Assembly (NCBI GenBank): GCA_963663275.1
Contig: OY760183.1
Location: 512,001 to 576,000, forward strand
Length of the DNA stretch: 64,000 nt
Direction: 5' to 3'
Source of the DNA: Chloroflexota bacterium
GTDB taxonomy: Bacteria; Chloroflexota; UBA11872; VXOZ01
Shown here: positions 48,148-57,115 of the stretch, piece after piece
How positions within the stretch are numbered: the first letter of the stretch is position 1
Layout: each line of letters opens with the position of its first letter
The notes under the pieces: model-generated
Database searches by the model: none
Told to the model about the DNA's origin: nothing
The model's input: only the letters and a program-made list of their open reading frames with translations
Program-made: the position numbers and the translations under genes

Positions 48148-49131
48148 CTACGGCAGGGTCTCGTACTCCGCTTGTTCGTCCACCGGATAGGGCGGCCGTT
48201 CGCCTTTGACCACGGCGGCGATGCATTCGAAGGCCATGACGACCATGGCGTGGACGGATTCCTGGGTGACGCCGGCCACGTGGGGGAAGGGCAGGATTTT
48301 GGGATGCGTTAAGAAGGGATGGTCTATTGGCGGGGGTTCCACGGAGAAGACGTCGGAGGCCGCGCCGGCCAGGTGTCCCGCGTCGATGGCCGCCACCAGC
48401 GCCTCCTCATCCACCAGGCTGCCGCGGGCCGTATTGACGATGTAGGCGCTGGGTTTCATGCGTTCCAGCAGCGGCGCGTTCACGAACTTGACCGTCTCCG
48501 GCGTGCTGGGCAGGTGGACCGAGATGAAGTCCGACTCCGCAAAGAGCGCTTCCGGCTCGGCGAACGTGACCCCAAGATCAGCCGCCGCCGCGTCGTCCCA
48601 CATCACGTCGTAGGCCAGCACGCGCATGTTGAAGCCCTGCGCCCGCCGCGCCACCGACTTGCCGATGCGGCCCAGCCCCAGGATGCCCAGGGTCTTATTG
48701 CACACGTCCACGCCCTGCACGCGGTGGAACCCGCCGTCGCGGGCAATGGCCGCGTGCTCCACCAGTTGGCGCGCCACCGCCAGGATCATGGCAAAGGCAT
48801 AGTCGGCAACCGTGTCGTTATTCGCGCCGGGGGTGATGGTAATCCAGACGCCGTGCCGGGTGGCGGCGTCCACGTCGATCTGGTCGTAGCCCACGCCCAC
48901 GCGGGCCACGATCTTCAGTTGGGGATGGGCGGCGAAGACCCGCTCGGTGAAGTTGTCCGAACCGGCGACGAACGCCGTGATGCCGTCGAGATTGTCGATG
49001 AGCTCTTGTTCTGTAAGCGGACGATACACGTCCAGCGGGTCGGCCAACTCGATGCCGGCATTGCGCAGGAGGTCCCAATGCGGGCCGGGGAGATCCAGAA
49101 TAGAACGTGCACCAATGAATGCCCTTGCCAC
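48148..49131 (-). CDS. D-2-hydroxyacid dehydrogenase (phosphoglycerate dehydrogenase-like)
   Basis: ARVGVGYDQID, GLGRIG, VNTARG, DVFSVEP and PHVAG. Confidence 0.92.
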   Translation of the reverse strand: MARAFIGARSILDLPGPHWDLLRNAGIELADPLDVYRPLTEQELIDNLDGITAFVAGSDNFTERVFAAHPQLKIVARVGVGYDQIDVDAATRHGVWITITPGANNDTVADYAFAMILAVARQLVEHAAIARDGGFHRVQGVDVCNKTLGILGLGRIGKSVARRAQGFNMRVLAYDVMWDDAAAADLGVTFAEPEALFAESDFISVHLPSTPETVKFVNAPLLERMKPSAYIVNTARGSLVDEEALVAAIDAGHLAGAASDVFSVEPPPIDHPFLTHPKILPFPHVAGVTQESVHAMVVMAFECIAAVVKGERPPYPVDEQAEYETLP

Positions 49132-49246
49132 CGGTCAACTACCTTTCACTTATTAATGGCGTCCTAACGAGCGTCCTCACGCGGGGCTTCTCTATTATCG
49201 GCTATGGCGCGGCATCATGCCTACCCGCGCCACCCGTCCGATGCGG

Positions 49247-49410
49247 GGGCTGACAGGGGTAGGCATTCTACACATTCGACTTCTATTGTCATTCCGAGCG
49301 GAGCGCAGCGGAGAGAGGAATCTAGAACCGACGTTTTTGCAGCGAAAGCCTTAGATTCCTCTCTCCGCTGCGCTCCGCTCGGAATGACACTTGCCTACCC
49401 CTGTCAGCGA
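49247..49410. mobile_element. MITE-B inserted in a GGGGACAAGCCCCC REP
   Basis: Ends GGGCTGACAGGGGTAGGCA and TGCCTACCCCTGTCAGC; flanks TGCGG/TGGGG. Confidence 0.75.
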
Positions 49411-49812
49411 TGGGGGGACAAGCCCCCGCCCGAATAAGAAAAATGAGAACGGAATCGATTGACCCTACGGAAGACGCAGGTTACGCGCACCTCCCGTGCG
49501 AACCTGCGCTACCGGAGAAACGAGCGTAGTTTTCATTTTCATTGCGTTTAATGCGACAACATTAGGGGGAACGGCCCGCGCTACCGTCACATGCGGGGGA
49601 CAGCCGCCCGCGCTACCCGTCACATGCGGGGGACAAGCCCCCGCGCTACAGGATTTAACCGCCACCCCTGCGGCGCCGGGCGTGCACGGCAGGTTGACGC
49701 TTTGCAAAGCAACGTAGTACGGTCATATTCGTGCCTGTGCGACGTGCGCGCGCACGCGCCTTACCAAATGATACACGCGCTCCGAGACCGGCGATCCAGG
49801 ATACGTTCAGCG

Positions 49813-50289
49813 ATGAGCACGGCAGATACGGCAGATACCCAGCGCCCGCGCAGGAAGAAGCGGCGGGTGCGCTACGGCGAAGAAGAGATCCAGTCCGTAG
49901 AGATCCGCTACTTTCCCAATCCCGAACCCCAGCGGGACTACTACGTGCAGATTCGCCTGCCGGAGTTGACCTTCAAAGACCCGGTGTCCGGCTACCCGGA
50001 CTTCGCCGTGGCCACCATGGTGTACGTGCCGGACGCACGCATCGTGGACCTGAAGACGTTGAAGCTCTATTTCAACAGCTTCCGCGACAAGTATTTCTCC
50101 CACGAGCGCATCACCAACGAACTCTTCGACGAGTTGCTGGCCGGGTTGGAGCCGCGGGGGGCGCTGCTGATGATGGAGTTCAACCCCCGGGGCAACGTCT
50201 CCACGCGGGTCATCACCACCACGGACGACGCATTTCTGGAGCGCGCGCGGGACGTGCTGGAACTGCCGGCCACCCGGCCCGCCTTCTAG
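49813..50289 (+). CDS. queF: QueF-like (preQ0 reductase type I) T-fold protein lacking the catalytic Cys
   Basis: YGE, FPNP, PELTFKDPVSGYPDFA, DLKTLKLYFNSFRD, SHE and FNPRGNV. Confidence 0.75.
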   Translation: MSTADTADTQRPRRKKRRVRYGEEEIQSVEIRYFPNPEPQRDYYVQIRLPELTFKDPVSGYPDFAVATMVYVPDARIVDLKTLKLYFNSFRDKYFSHERITNELFDELLAGLEPRGALLMMEFNPRGNVSTRVITTTDDAFLERARDVLELPATRPAF

Positions 50290-50539
50290 GAAGCGCAGCC
50301 ATCCAGCGCGGCCTGCCAGCGCAGCCTTCTGGGGCCAGAGCGCGTTCTCAGGCGCGTTAGCTACATTTTTCTCCTCTGTCAAGACGTTCATACATTCAAG
50401 ACCATACTGTCTCTATCTGTCAAGAGGTGAATAGGCGTGTGTCTTGTCCGTTTATAGAATTGACAGACCGATTAGAGCGGGCATCAATGGATTTTCTGGG
50501 GAATCCTGTCACTTTTTCTGCTGAACAACGGGTTTGTCC

Positions 50540-50568
50540 TTGACAGGTATTAGAGCGTTCCCCATAAT
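50540..50568 (+). promoter_or_regulatory. Near-consensus sigma70 promoter
   Basis: TTGACA-17 nt-CATAAT, 114 nt before the ATG at 50683, which has an AGGAGG RBS. Confidence 0.75.
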
Positions 50569-50682
50569 GTCAGCAGCACCACACCGTGGGTATCGCAAAC
50601 GTGGTGAGCAGTAAGTATCTTTTAGGTAGCGTTCGGTGAAGGGGCGTACCGAACCCGAACGGATCTTTAGGAGGAGGGATCA

Positions 50683-51687
50683 ATGCGTATTACCAGATAC
50701 CCTGCCCAATCACTGGATAGGACGTTCCTGTACAGTTCCCTTGTCCAGGTCGCTCTTGTGATTGCGGTAATCGTTGCGCTGCTGGCAGTAACGCTGCCTG
50801 CGCGCATCGCTTCGGCGGCACAACCCGGCGCATCTGCATCGCAGATGGAAGTCGTGATCGTGCCGCCTCGCATAACCATCGCTCTTGGCGAGGATGGTTC
50901 ACTGCAGTCGGTTACGACGAGCGTATTCATCGGTGGCGCGGCTACGCCGGTGAGTGTCTCGGCGGATGACCTGTCCGTGCTGGCAGGCTTCGGCCTTCCG
51001 GTAGACATGCTTCGTCTCGATGCTATGACAACCGGTCTGCTTACCAGTTCCGGTGTCGAGCACATTCAGGTCGTGAAGGGCGCAGACGGGATGATCGACG
51101 TCTACCTCAACGGCATGTACACCATTGGCGTGGACCTCGGTGAAGATGCGTCGAACTACGAGCGGGTACTGAGCCTGGTGGAAGGTTTCACCGGTTTCGT
51201 CATCCCCTTGAAGGACGTCGTGGTTCCCGTGGTGATCGCTTCCGGTGGCGATGTTGTGATCACGATCGGCGAGACGACCATGCCGGTACGTGAAGAAGGC
51301 GCGCCTTCCGGTTACGTGGCGCTTGAGCAGCAAGATATCGAGTTGATGGCCAAGGCCACGCTCAGCTACGATGCCGACGGCAAGCTGTCGGTGCTGGGTA
51401 TGTCGCCTTCCGCTCTTGGTATCGCTGGCACCGACTTGGCTCCGGCCATTGTCGGCCTCATGACGGCCAACGGCATTAGCCAGTTGAACGTCAAGATCAA
51501 CAACGACGGTCTTATGCTGGGCACCGGCGGTGAGATGCTCGCCAACGTTCGCTTGAGCGGCGTTGCGGCAGACCATGCCGTAGGAATGGCTGCCATCAGC
51601 CAGTTGGCGCCGGGCGTAGATGCCCTGCTGCCGTTCCTCGACCTGCGCGATCGCATTGACGTTGACCTGACGGTGAACCTGCCGTAA
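50683..51687 (+). CDS. Exported hypothetical protein with an internally duplicated domain
   Basis: N-terminal hydrophobic segment; repeats GVEHIQVVK..IDVYLNG and GISQLNVKI..GLML; ends VDLTVNLP. Confidence 0.8.
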   Translation: MRITRYPAQSLDRTFLYSSLVQVALVIAVIVALLAVTLPARIASAAQPGASASQMEVVIVPPRITIALGEDGSLQSVTTSVFIGGAATPVSVSADDLSVLAGFGLPVDMLRLDAMTTGLLTSSGVEHIQVVKGADGMIDVYLNGMYTIGVDLGEDASNYERVLSLVEGFTGFVIPLKDVVVPVVIASGGDVVITIGETTMPVREEGAPSGYVALEQQDIELMAKATLSYDADGKLSVLGMSPSALGIAGTDLAPAIVGLMTANGISQLNVKINNDGLMLGTGGEMLANVRLSGVAADHAVGMAAISQLAPGVDALLPFLDLRDRIDVDLTVNLP

Positions 51688-51751
51688 GAAGGGGTCGCTT
51701 GTAGTGTAAATCAGGAAAAGCACTACGCTCCCCCGTCATACGCAGGTGAAG

Positions 51752-51787
51752 TGAGGGATACCCTATGCGCCCCAAGGGTATCCCTCA
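51752..51787. terminator. Intergenic 13-bp stem-loop
   Basis: TGAGGGATACCCT / AGGGTATCCCTCA; weak U tract. Confidence 0.55.
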
Positions 51788-51864
51788 TTGCTTAGCAGAC
51801 GGAATCTCGGCATTACACTTAGACACGAACGCATGAATGCATGCAAGCACAGAGAGGGAAGGCT

Positions 51865-53139
51865 ATGACCACCTGGAGACGTTGGTGGGTGCCCGTACCA
51901 ATTCTGTGGTTGGTCCTTGTCATTATCGCTCTGATTGTGCTGGTAGGGATCGGCGGGGGACTCACTAAGTTCGCGGCAATCCTGTTCTTGGTGAGTTTCG
52001 GCCTGCTGTTCTCATTGCTCTACCTAGGCGCGGGGCTTGGCTATAAGGCAGGGTACCAACTCGGTGGTGGTACCGGTACCGGTCAGGCCGTGGGCATTGT
52101 CGGCCTGATCATCGGCGGAATAGTAGGCCTGCTGGCTTCGCTCTTGATCGTTTCTACCGGCTTTGTCAGCCACGGGCTTTCTACACCGTTCGCACCGGCG
52201 CGACTTACAGAGGTAGCCCCGGCTTCCGGCCCAGGGGCGCCGCCTGAGCGCGCTGAAGAGTCAATCGAAGTCTACGGCTTGCCGCAAGCGACCGTGCAGT
52301 TCGGCGAGAGCGGTAGCGTCAGCGGAGTTGAGGTCGGCCTGTTCCTCGCCGGACAGCAGTTCGACCTCAGCCTCTCCGAAAGCGAACTCGCCGATCTCGG
52401 TATCGGCGAAGTCCTGTCGGCTGACGCAATCGAAGCCCTGAAGGCGGCAAACCTACAACACATCCAAATCATCAAGGGGCCGGGCGGCGATATTGACGTC
52501 TACGCCAATGGCAGCTTTGCCCTGCGCGTTTCCGTCAACTACGAACAGGCCGCGCTCGATAAGGTCATCGACCTTGTCAAGGGTCTTGGCTATGACGTGG
52601 TCCTGCCCGATCTCGCTGTGCCCCTGGCGTTGGCGATGATTGGCACCGTCGCGGTGGACTTCCCCATGGCGGACGGCGCGGCGGCCGTCGAGAAATTCTC
52701 CGGCGAATCGTCGCAGCCTCCGGATGCGCCCAGCGCCGCCGACCCGCAGTACCCGCTGCTGATCGGCACGGTCCTGACCGCAAACGGCGACCTGCTCGTG
52801 CCTGACGTTGTCATCCTGGAAAATACCGCGCCTCTGCTCGAAGCCATCGGCTTGAACCTGAGCATGCCCGGTATGCTTCCGGCGGATACGGTGGCAGGCT
52901 TGAAGGAAGCCGGCCTCGCCGTTATCACCATCAAGCTGGTACCGCAAGGCCTCGACATCTACCTGGACGACGTGCATGCTATGACCGTCTTCCTGGGTGA
53001 TGAAGAGACCCTGCAGAACCTGAGCACGGTGGCGGCGGCCTTTGCCGGTGACGAAGCCGGAGATATGCTGGGTAGCGTGACGCCTCTGCTCGTGCGGCGC
53101 CACGAGTTGGCGGTTGACATCGTTGTGACCATTGAATAG
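51865..53139 (+). CDS. Membrane-anchored paralog of the upstream protein (about 3 N-terminal TM helices)
   Basis: LPQATVQFGESGSV, ANLQHIQIIKG..IDVYANG and GLDIYLD; ends VDIVVTIE. Confidence 0.8.
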   Translation: MTTWRRWWVPVPILWLVLVIIALIVLVGIGGGLTKFAAILFLVSFGLLFSLLYLGAGLGYKAGYQLGGGTGTGQAVGIVGLIIGGIVGLLASLLIVSTGFVSHGLSTPFAPARLTEVAPASGPGAPPERAEESIEVYGLPQATVQFGESGSVSGVEVGLFLAGQQFDLSLSESELADLGIGEVLSADAIEALKAANLQHIQIIKGPGGDIDVYANGSFALRVSVNYEQAALDKVIDLVKGLGYDVVLPDLAVPLALAMIGTVAVDFPMADGAAAVEKFSGESSQPPDAPSAADPQYPLLIGTVLTANGDLLVPDVVILENTAPLLEAIGLNLSMPGMLPADTVAGLKEAGLAVITIKLVPQGLDIYLDDVHAMTVFLGDEETLQNLSTVAAAFAGDEAGDMLGSVTPLLVRRHELAVDIVVTIE

Positions 53140-53201
53140 CGCCTGCACTCTGTTCTTGCTTGGCAAGCCCTGCTTCTGCGCAGGGTAAGAGACGGCGGCG
53201 C

Positions 53202-53239
53202 AAAGATGGCTGTGGACTTGAGGGTCCACAGCCATCTTT
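53202..53239 (+). terminator. Intrinsic terminator
   Basis: 16-bp stem AAAGATGGCTGTGGAC / GTCCACAGCCATCTTT, then CACTTT. Confidence 0.8.
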
Positions 53240-53252
53240 CACTTTCCCCAAG

Positions 53253-53550
53253 GAGACCTTTGCACAACCCCTTCCCCATCGAGTGCTGATTGAGGGTATG
53301 TATTCTATATCCGACTTCACGTGTCGTTCCGAACGGAGCGCGGCGGAGAGAGTATTCTAGAGATGCTGGTTCTAGAGGGCTGTGCTCTGGATTCCTCTCT
53401 CCGCTCGGAATGACACTCGCATTCCCCTGTCAGCCCATTGAGGGGGAAAGGTTGAGATGGGGGTGGAAAGACCCGCCATCACGCCATTTACAGTTGCAAG
53501 TGCAGTCTGGATTCCGGCTCTCGCCGGCATGACGGAGTTGCGCAAAGCAA
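53253..53550. mobile_element. Degenerate MITE-A with nested MITE-B (53283-53436)
   Basis: GAGACCTTTGCAC left end; inner element flanked by ATCGA/ATTGA, the same site as at 7395-7399. Confidence 0.7.
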
Positions 53551-53627
53551 TGCCGCCGTTGCGCGTACGCCACGATACCTGCTATGCTGTCTAGTGCGCG
53601 TGCGTGAGCACCGCAGACAATTTCATA

Positions 53628-53805
53628 GGCCGTTGACCGCAGGCGCTCCCAAATGCGGGAGCATAATCCTCAGAGCAAGAGGCGAAGCCTGTCCAGGCAC
53701 AATCCGCAGAGCCCGCCCGCCGTTGCGCGCTGCCCATCGCGGCAGTGTGGCGCAGGCGCGGCGCGCAGGCTGCGCCCAGCCTTGGTCAACCGCCAGGGCT
53801 TTTTT
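53628..53805 (+). promoter_or_regulatory. L10 (rplJ) leader with attenuator-like terminator
   Basis: CCGTTGACCGCAGG...ATAAT...CCTGTCCAGG resembles the L10-leader core; hairpin AGCCTTGG/CCAGGGCT plus T run before the RBS. Confidence 0.7.
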
Positions 53806-53831
53806 CATTTGTAGAGAGGAGGTGATGCGCT

Positions 53832-54365
53832 TTGGCAACTCGTGAAGAGAAAGCCGTAATCATCGATGAGTTGCGTGAACGGCTGCGCGGCACGGACCTG
53901 GTGATCGTTGCCGACTTTCGCGGCCTCACGGTGGGGCAGATGCAAACGCTCCGGCGCGACCTGCGGGCCGCGGGCGGCCAGTTCAGAGTGGCCAAGAACA
54001 CGCTGCTGCGCCTGGCGGCCGAGCGGGAAGACCAGGCGGACCTCGTCCCGCTGCTCGATGGCCCAAGCGGCATAGCTTTCGCCGACGGCGACATGGTGAC
54101 GGTGGCGAAAGCCGTGACCACCTTTGCCAAGAGCGTGGATGCCCTCCAGGTGCGCGGCGGCCTGATGAACGGACAGGGCATAGACGCGGAAGGCGTGGCC
54201 GCGCTGGCGGCGCTGCCCTCCCGCGAGGAGTTGCTGGCCAAGATGCTGGGCAGCATGCAAGCCCCCGCTTCCAATCTGGTGGGCGTGCTCAGCGGCGTGA
54301 CCCGCAGCCTGGCCTACGTGCTGCAAGCCCGCGCCGATCAACTCCAGCAGGCGGAAAGCGCGTAG
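53832..54365 (+). CDS. rplJ: 50S ribosomal protein L10
   Basis: AGGAGG RBS; DFRGLTV..LRR.LR, VAKNTLL and LPSREELLA. Confidence 0.97.
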   Translation: MATREEKAVIIDELRERLRGTDLVIVADFRGLTVGQMQTLRRDLRAAGGQFRVAKNTLLRLAAEREDQADLVPLLDGPSGIAFADGDMVTVAKAVTTFAKSVDALQVRGGLMNGQGIDAEGVAALAALPSREELLAKMLGSMQAPASNLVGVLSGVTRSLAYVLQARADQLQQAESA

Positions 54366-54465
54366 GCGGCAGCGCACCGCTGTGCGCCGCGCCGAGCGCG
54401 CTTGCGCATCCCAACCATAGCGAGACCCGCACAAGACGGACGCCATGCGAAAAGGAGGAATGACC

Positions 54466-54852
54466 ATGGCACAGACAATCTCGACTGAGGACATTATCGG
54501 GGCTATCGAGAACATGACGCTGCTCGAGGTGTCGGAACTGGTGAAGGCGCTGGAAGAGAAATTCGGCGTCTCGGCCGCCGCGCCGGTCGCGGTGGCGGCA
54601 GCCTCCGGCGACGGCGACGGCGCCGCGGCTGAGGAAGAGAAGGATTCGTTCGACGTGGTGCTCACCGAGATCGGCGATAAGAAGATCCAGGTCATCAAGG
54701 CGGTGCGCGAACTCACCGGCCTGGGCCTGCGGGAAGCTAAAGCCGCCGTGGAAGCCGCGCCGAACCCAATCAAAGAAGAGGTCGCCAAGGAAGAGGCCGA
54801 GGAAGCCAAGGCCAAGCTGGAAGAGGTCGGCGCTTCCGTCGAACTCAAGTAA
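54466..54852 (+). CDS. rplL: 50S ribosomal protein L7/L12
   Basis: [37 protein letters not shown] and GASVELK. Confidence 0.97.
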   Translation: MAQTISTEDIIGAIENMTLLEVSELVKALEEKFGVSAAAPVAVAAASGDGDGAAAEEEKDSFDVVLTEIGDKKIQVIKAVRELTGLGLREAKAAVEAAPNPIKEEVAKEEAEEAKAKLEEVGASVELK

Positions 54853-54859
54853 CGCCAGA

Positions 54860-55310
54860 CATCCGGTAGCGTAGGTTTGTATCCTGCGCCCCACGCGGGG
54901 CCGTTCCCCCTGCCCAGAGGCGGGGGACAAGCCCCCGCGCTACGTGGCGGCAGGCGATGGGCCGATCATCGACGCGGAAATGGGTGTCCCCGCCATACGC
55001 CGCCGCCACCCATCCGGTAGCGCAGGTTTGTAACCTGCGCTACCGGACCCTTCGCCCTTGCCCGGTGGCGGGGGACAAGCCCCCGCGCTACGTGGCGGCG
55101 GACTATGAGCCAATCATCGACGCGGAAACGGGTGTCCCCGCCATCCATCCGGTGTCATCACCCATCCGGTAACGCCAACCGTCCGACGCCATCATTCCGG
55201 TAGCGCAGGTTTGTAACCTGCGCCGCCTACCGGACCCTTCGCCCTTGCCCGGTGGCGGGGGACAAGCCCCCGCGCTACGTGGCGGCGGGCAATGGGCCAA
55301 TCATCGACGC
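54860..55310. repeat. Three composite units of two GTAG REP families
   Basis: Each unit is CCGGTAGCGYAGGTTTGTAACCTGCGC, then GCGGGGGACAAGCCCCCGCGCTAC, then ATCATCGACGC. Confidence 0.85.
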
Positions 55311-55352
55311 GCTCGTGCGCGCCGCCCGTCGTCTTTGCGCCGGCGCCGGGGT

Positions 55353-56036
55353 TTAGGACTCTTCCGTCTCTTCTTCCGGGCTATCCAGGACGAAGGTAAC
55401 GCCCAGGTCCATAAGTTCCTTGAAGGCTTCCGCCAGGCTCAGGAGGCTGCGGCCTTTGGTGGTGAACTGGAACTCATGGCGTTCGCCGAGCAGGCCGAAG
55501 AAGATCTTCTTCAGTTCATCGGACAGGCAATCGTGCCCCACCAGCGTCATCACCGCCTGCATTTCCAGTTCAGGGGCGGGCGTGCGCGCAATGTCGCGGT
55601 CCGTCACAATCGTCTGGAACTTGCTCAGCGCGTCGATGCCGCGCCGGTCGAGCAGTTCTACCACGGTCGGTTCCAGGACCGCGCGCACCGTATCGGCAAA
55701 TTCCTCCCGCGTGCGCTCGGCGTTGCGCCCGGCCTGGTAACGGAAGATGTCGTGGTAGCCGGGCAGCATGAGCGAGGGCGCGATGTAGTCCGACGTCACG
55801 TCGAACGTAGTGCCGCGGGTACGGCTCTCGTGCTTCACGCCAAAGCCTAGCTGCGTAAGCCGCCCCAAACTCTCCTCCTGCACGCGCGAAGGGCTGAACT
55901 CCTGCCCCTTCATTGTGCGCCGCGCCGACTCATACAGAATCTCGATATGCTGATCGCCCAGGTCGCGAGCGTACATCTCGCGCACCTTCGTGATCAGGTC
56001 GTCAACCTTTATCTGTTTCGCCATGTCTACAGCCAT
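55353..56036 (-). CDS. Hypothetical protein (227 aa)
   Basis: ATG 56036 after GAGAGGG; coding-like codon usage; possible winged-helix-type segments. Confidence 0.7.
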   Translation of the reverse strand: MAVDMAKQIKVDDLITKVREMYARDLGDQHIEILYESARRTMKGQEFSPSRVQEESLGRLTQLGFGVKHESRTRGTTFDVTSDYIAPSLMLPGYHDIFRYQAGRNAERTREEFADTVRAVLEPTVVELLDRRGIDALSKFQTIVTDRDIARTPAPELEMQAVMTLVGHDCLSDELKKIFFGLLGERHEFQFTTKGRSLLSLAEAFKELMDLGVTFVLDSPEEETEES

Positions 56037-56227
56037 GAGCGCCCTCTCTTCCGTACACGCTTGCCGCTGAACTCGTCTGCCTTGCTTTGCGCTTAGCTTA
56101 CCGCGCGGTCGATTCTCCTGCCCACACGCTACCATGCGTATAGGCGAGCGTCAAGCAGTGCGCAGGCGGCGGTTGCGCGCGGCCCGGCCGCGGCCATGCT
56201 TGGCACAGGCCGACTCCGTTTGCTACG

Positions 56228-57109
56228 ATGGAACGAAGTATATCGGCTCGAAGCACACCGGAGGAAGCGCGTGCGCCAATGCCGGGCCAGGCTACCGCTA
56301 GAAGCGTTTTGCGGGCTTTGAATGCGCTCAACATCCTGCCGGCGCTCCTGGCGCGGAGGCGGCAAGCAGCGGACGAAAGCCGCCCGCCGCGCGGGTTAGC
56401 GCCCGTGAAGCGGCTGAAGCGGCGTCAACTCTTGCAGTCCGCGGGCCTGCTTATGCCGGCGCCCAAGCTGGCGCCCGCGCTTTCTTTGCGCGCCGCCGAG
56501 CGGCCGGAGCCGCTCTATCAGCTTCCCTTCGCCACGCCGCCGGGCCCCAGCACCTGGTACGTGGAGCAGTGGTACGGCAATACGAACATCGCCTACCGTT
56601 TGCGCAACACGGTCTATTATCAGGGGCAAGGGCTGCACTTCGGCATCGACTTTGCCTGCCCGTGCGAGACTGAGGTGCGAGCGATTGGCGACGGCGTGGT
56701 GGTCGGCGCGGACGACCTCTCCTACGGCGCGGGCCCCCATAACGCCATCGTGCAGCATCCCAACGGCGATCTCTCCCTGTACGGACATTTGCGCCGGTTT
56801 CCGGCGGTACGCTGGGGGCAAGCGGTAGCGGCGGGGGAACTCATCGGCTACTCCGGCGATTGGCTCGATAACGTAGGCTGCGCGGCCTCGGCCCATCTCC
56901 ACCTTGAAATCCGGCGGCCAAACCGCAACTCTGCGGTAAATCCGGCGCCTTTGATCAAGGCCGATTGGCACAACCTCGCCCTGGGCCGCTTTCTGGGGTT
57001 CGTGCAAGACCTGGACGACCCGCGCCGCTGGCAGACGCTCGAAGACCAGCCGGACACGACGTTCGGCGGGCGTGTCCTGAACGACTACGCCCGCCTGTGG
57101 ATGCCCTAG
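56228..57109 (+). CDS. M23 family metallopeptidase (start uncertain, probably downstream)
   Basis: HFGIDF (HxxxD), SLYGHL and AHLHLEIR (HxH); possible Tat motif KRRQLL. Confidence 0.85.
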   Translation: MERSISARSTPEEARAPMPGQATARSVLRALNALNILPALLARRRQAADESRPPRGLAPVKRLKRRQLLQSAGLLMPAPKLAPALSLRAAERPEPLYQLPFATPPGPSTWYVEQWYGNTNIAYRLRNTVYYQGQGLHFGIDFACPCETEVRAIGDGVVVGADDLSYGAGPHNAIVQHPNGDLSLYGHLRRFPAVRWGQAVAAGELIGYSGDWLDNVGCAASAHLHLEIRRPNRNSAVNPAPLIKADWHNLALGRFLGFVQDLDDPRRWQTLEDQPDTTFGGRVLNDYARLWMP

Positions 57110-57115
57110 CGCGCC

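Noticed and set aside
49440-49812. preQ1 riboswitch upstream of the queF-like gene
   Set aside because: No recognisable preQ1 stem-loop with an A-rich tail; the region is mostly REP-derived.
54860-55310. Possible CRISPR or ncRNA array after rplL
   Set aside because: Made of the two dispersed REP families with repeated, non-unique intervening sequence.
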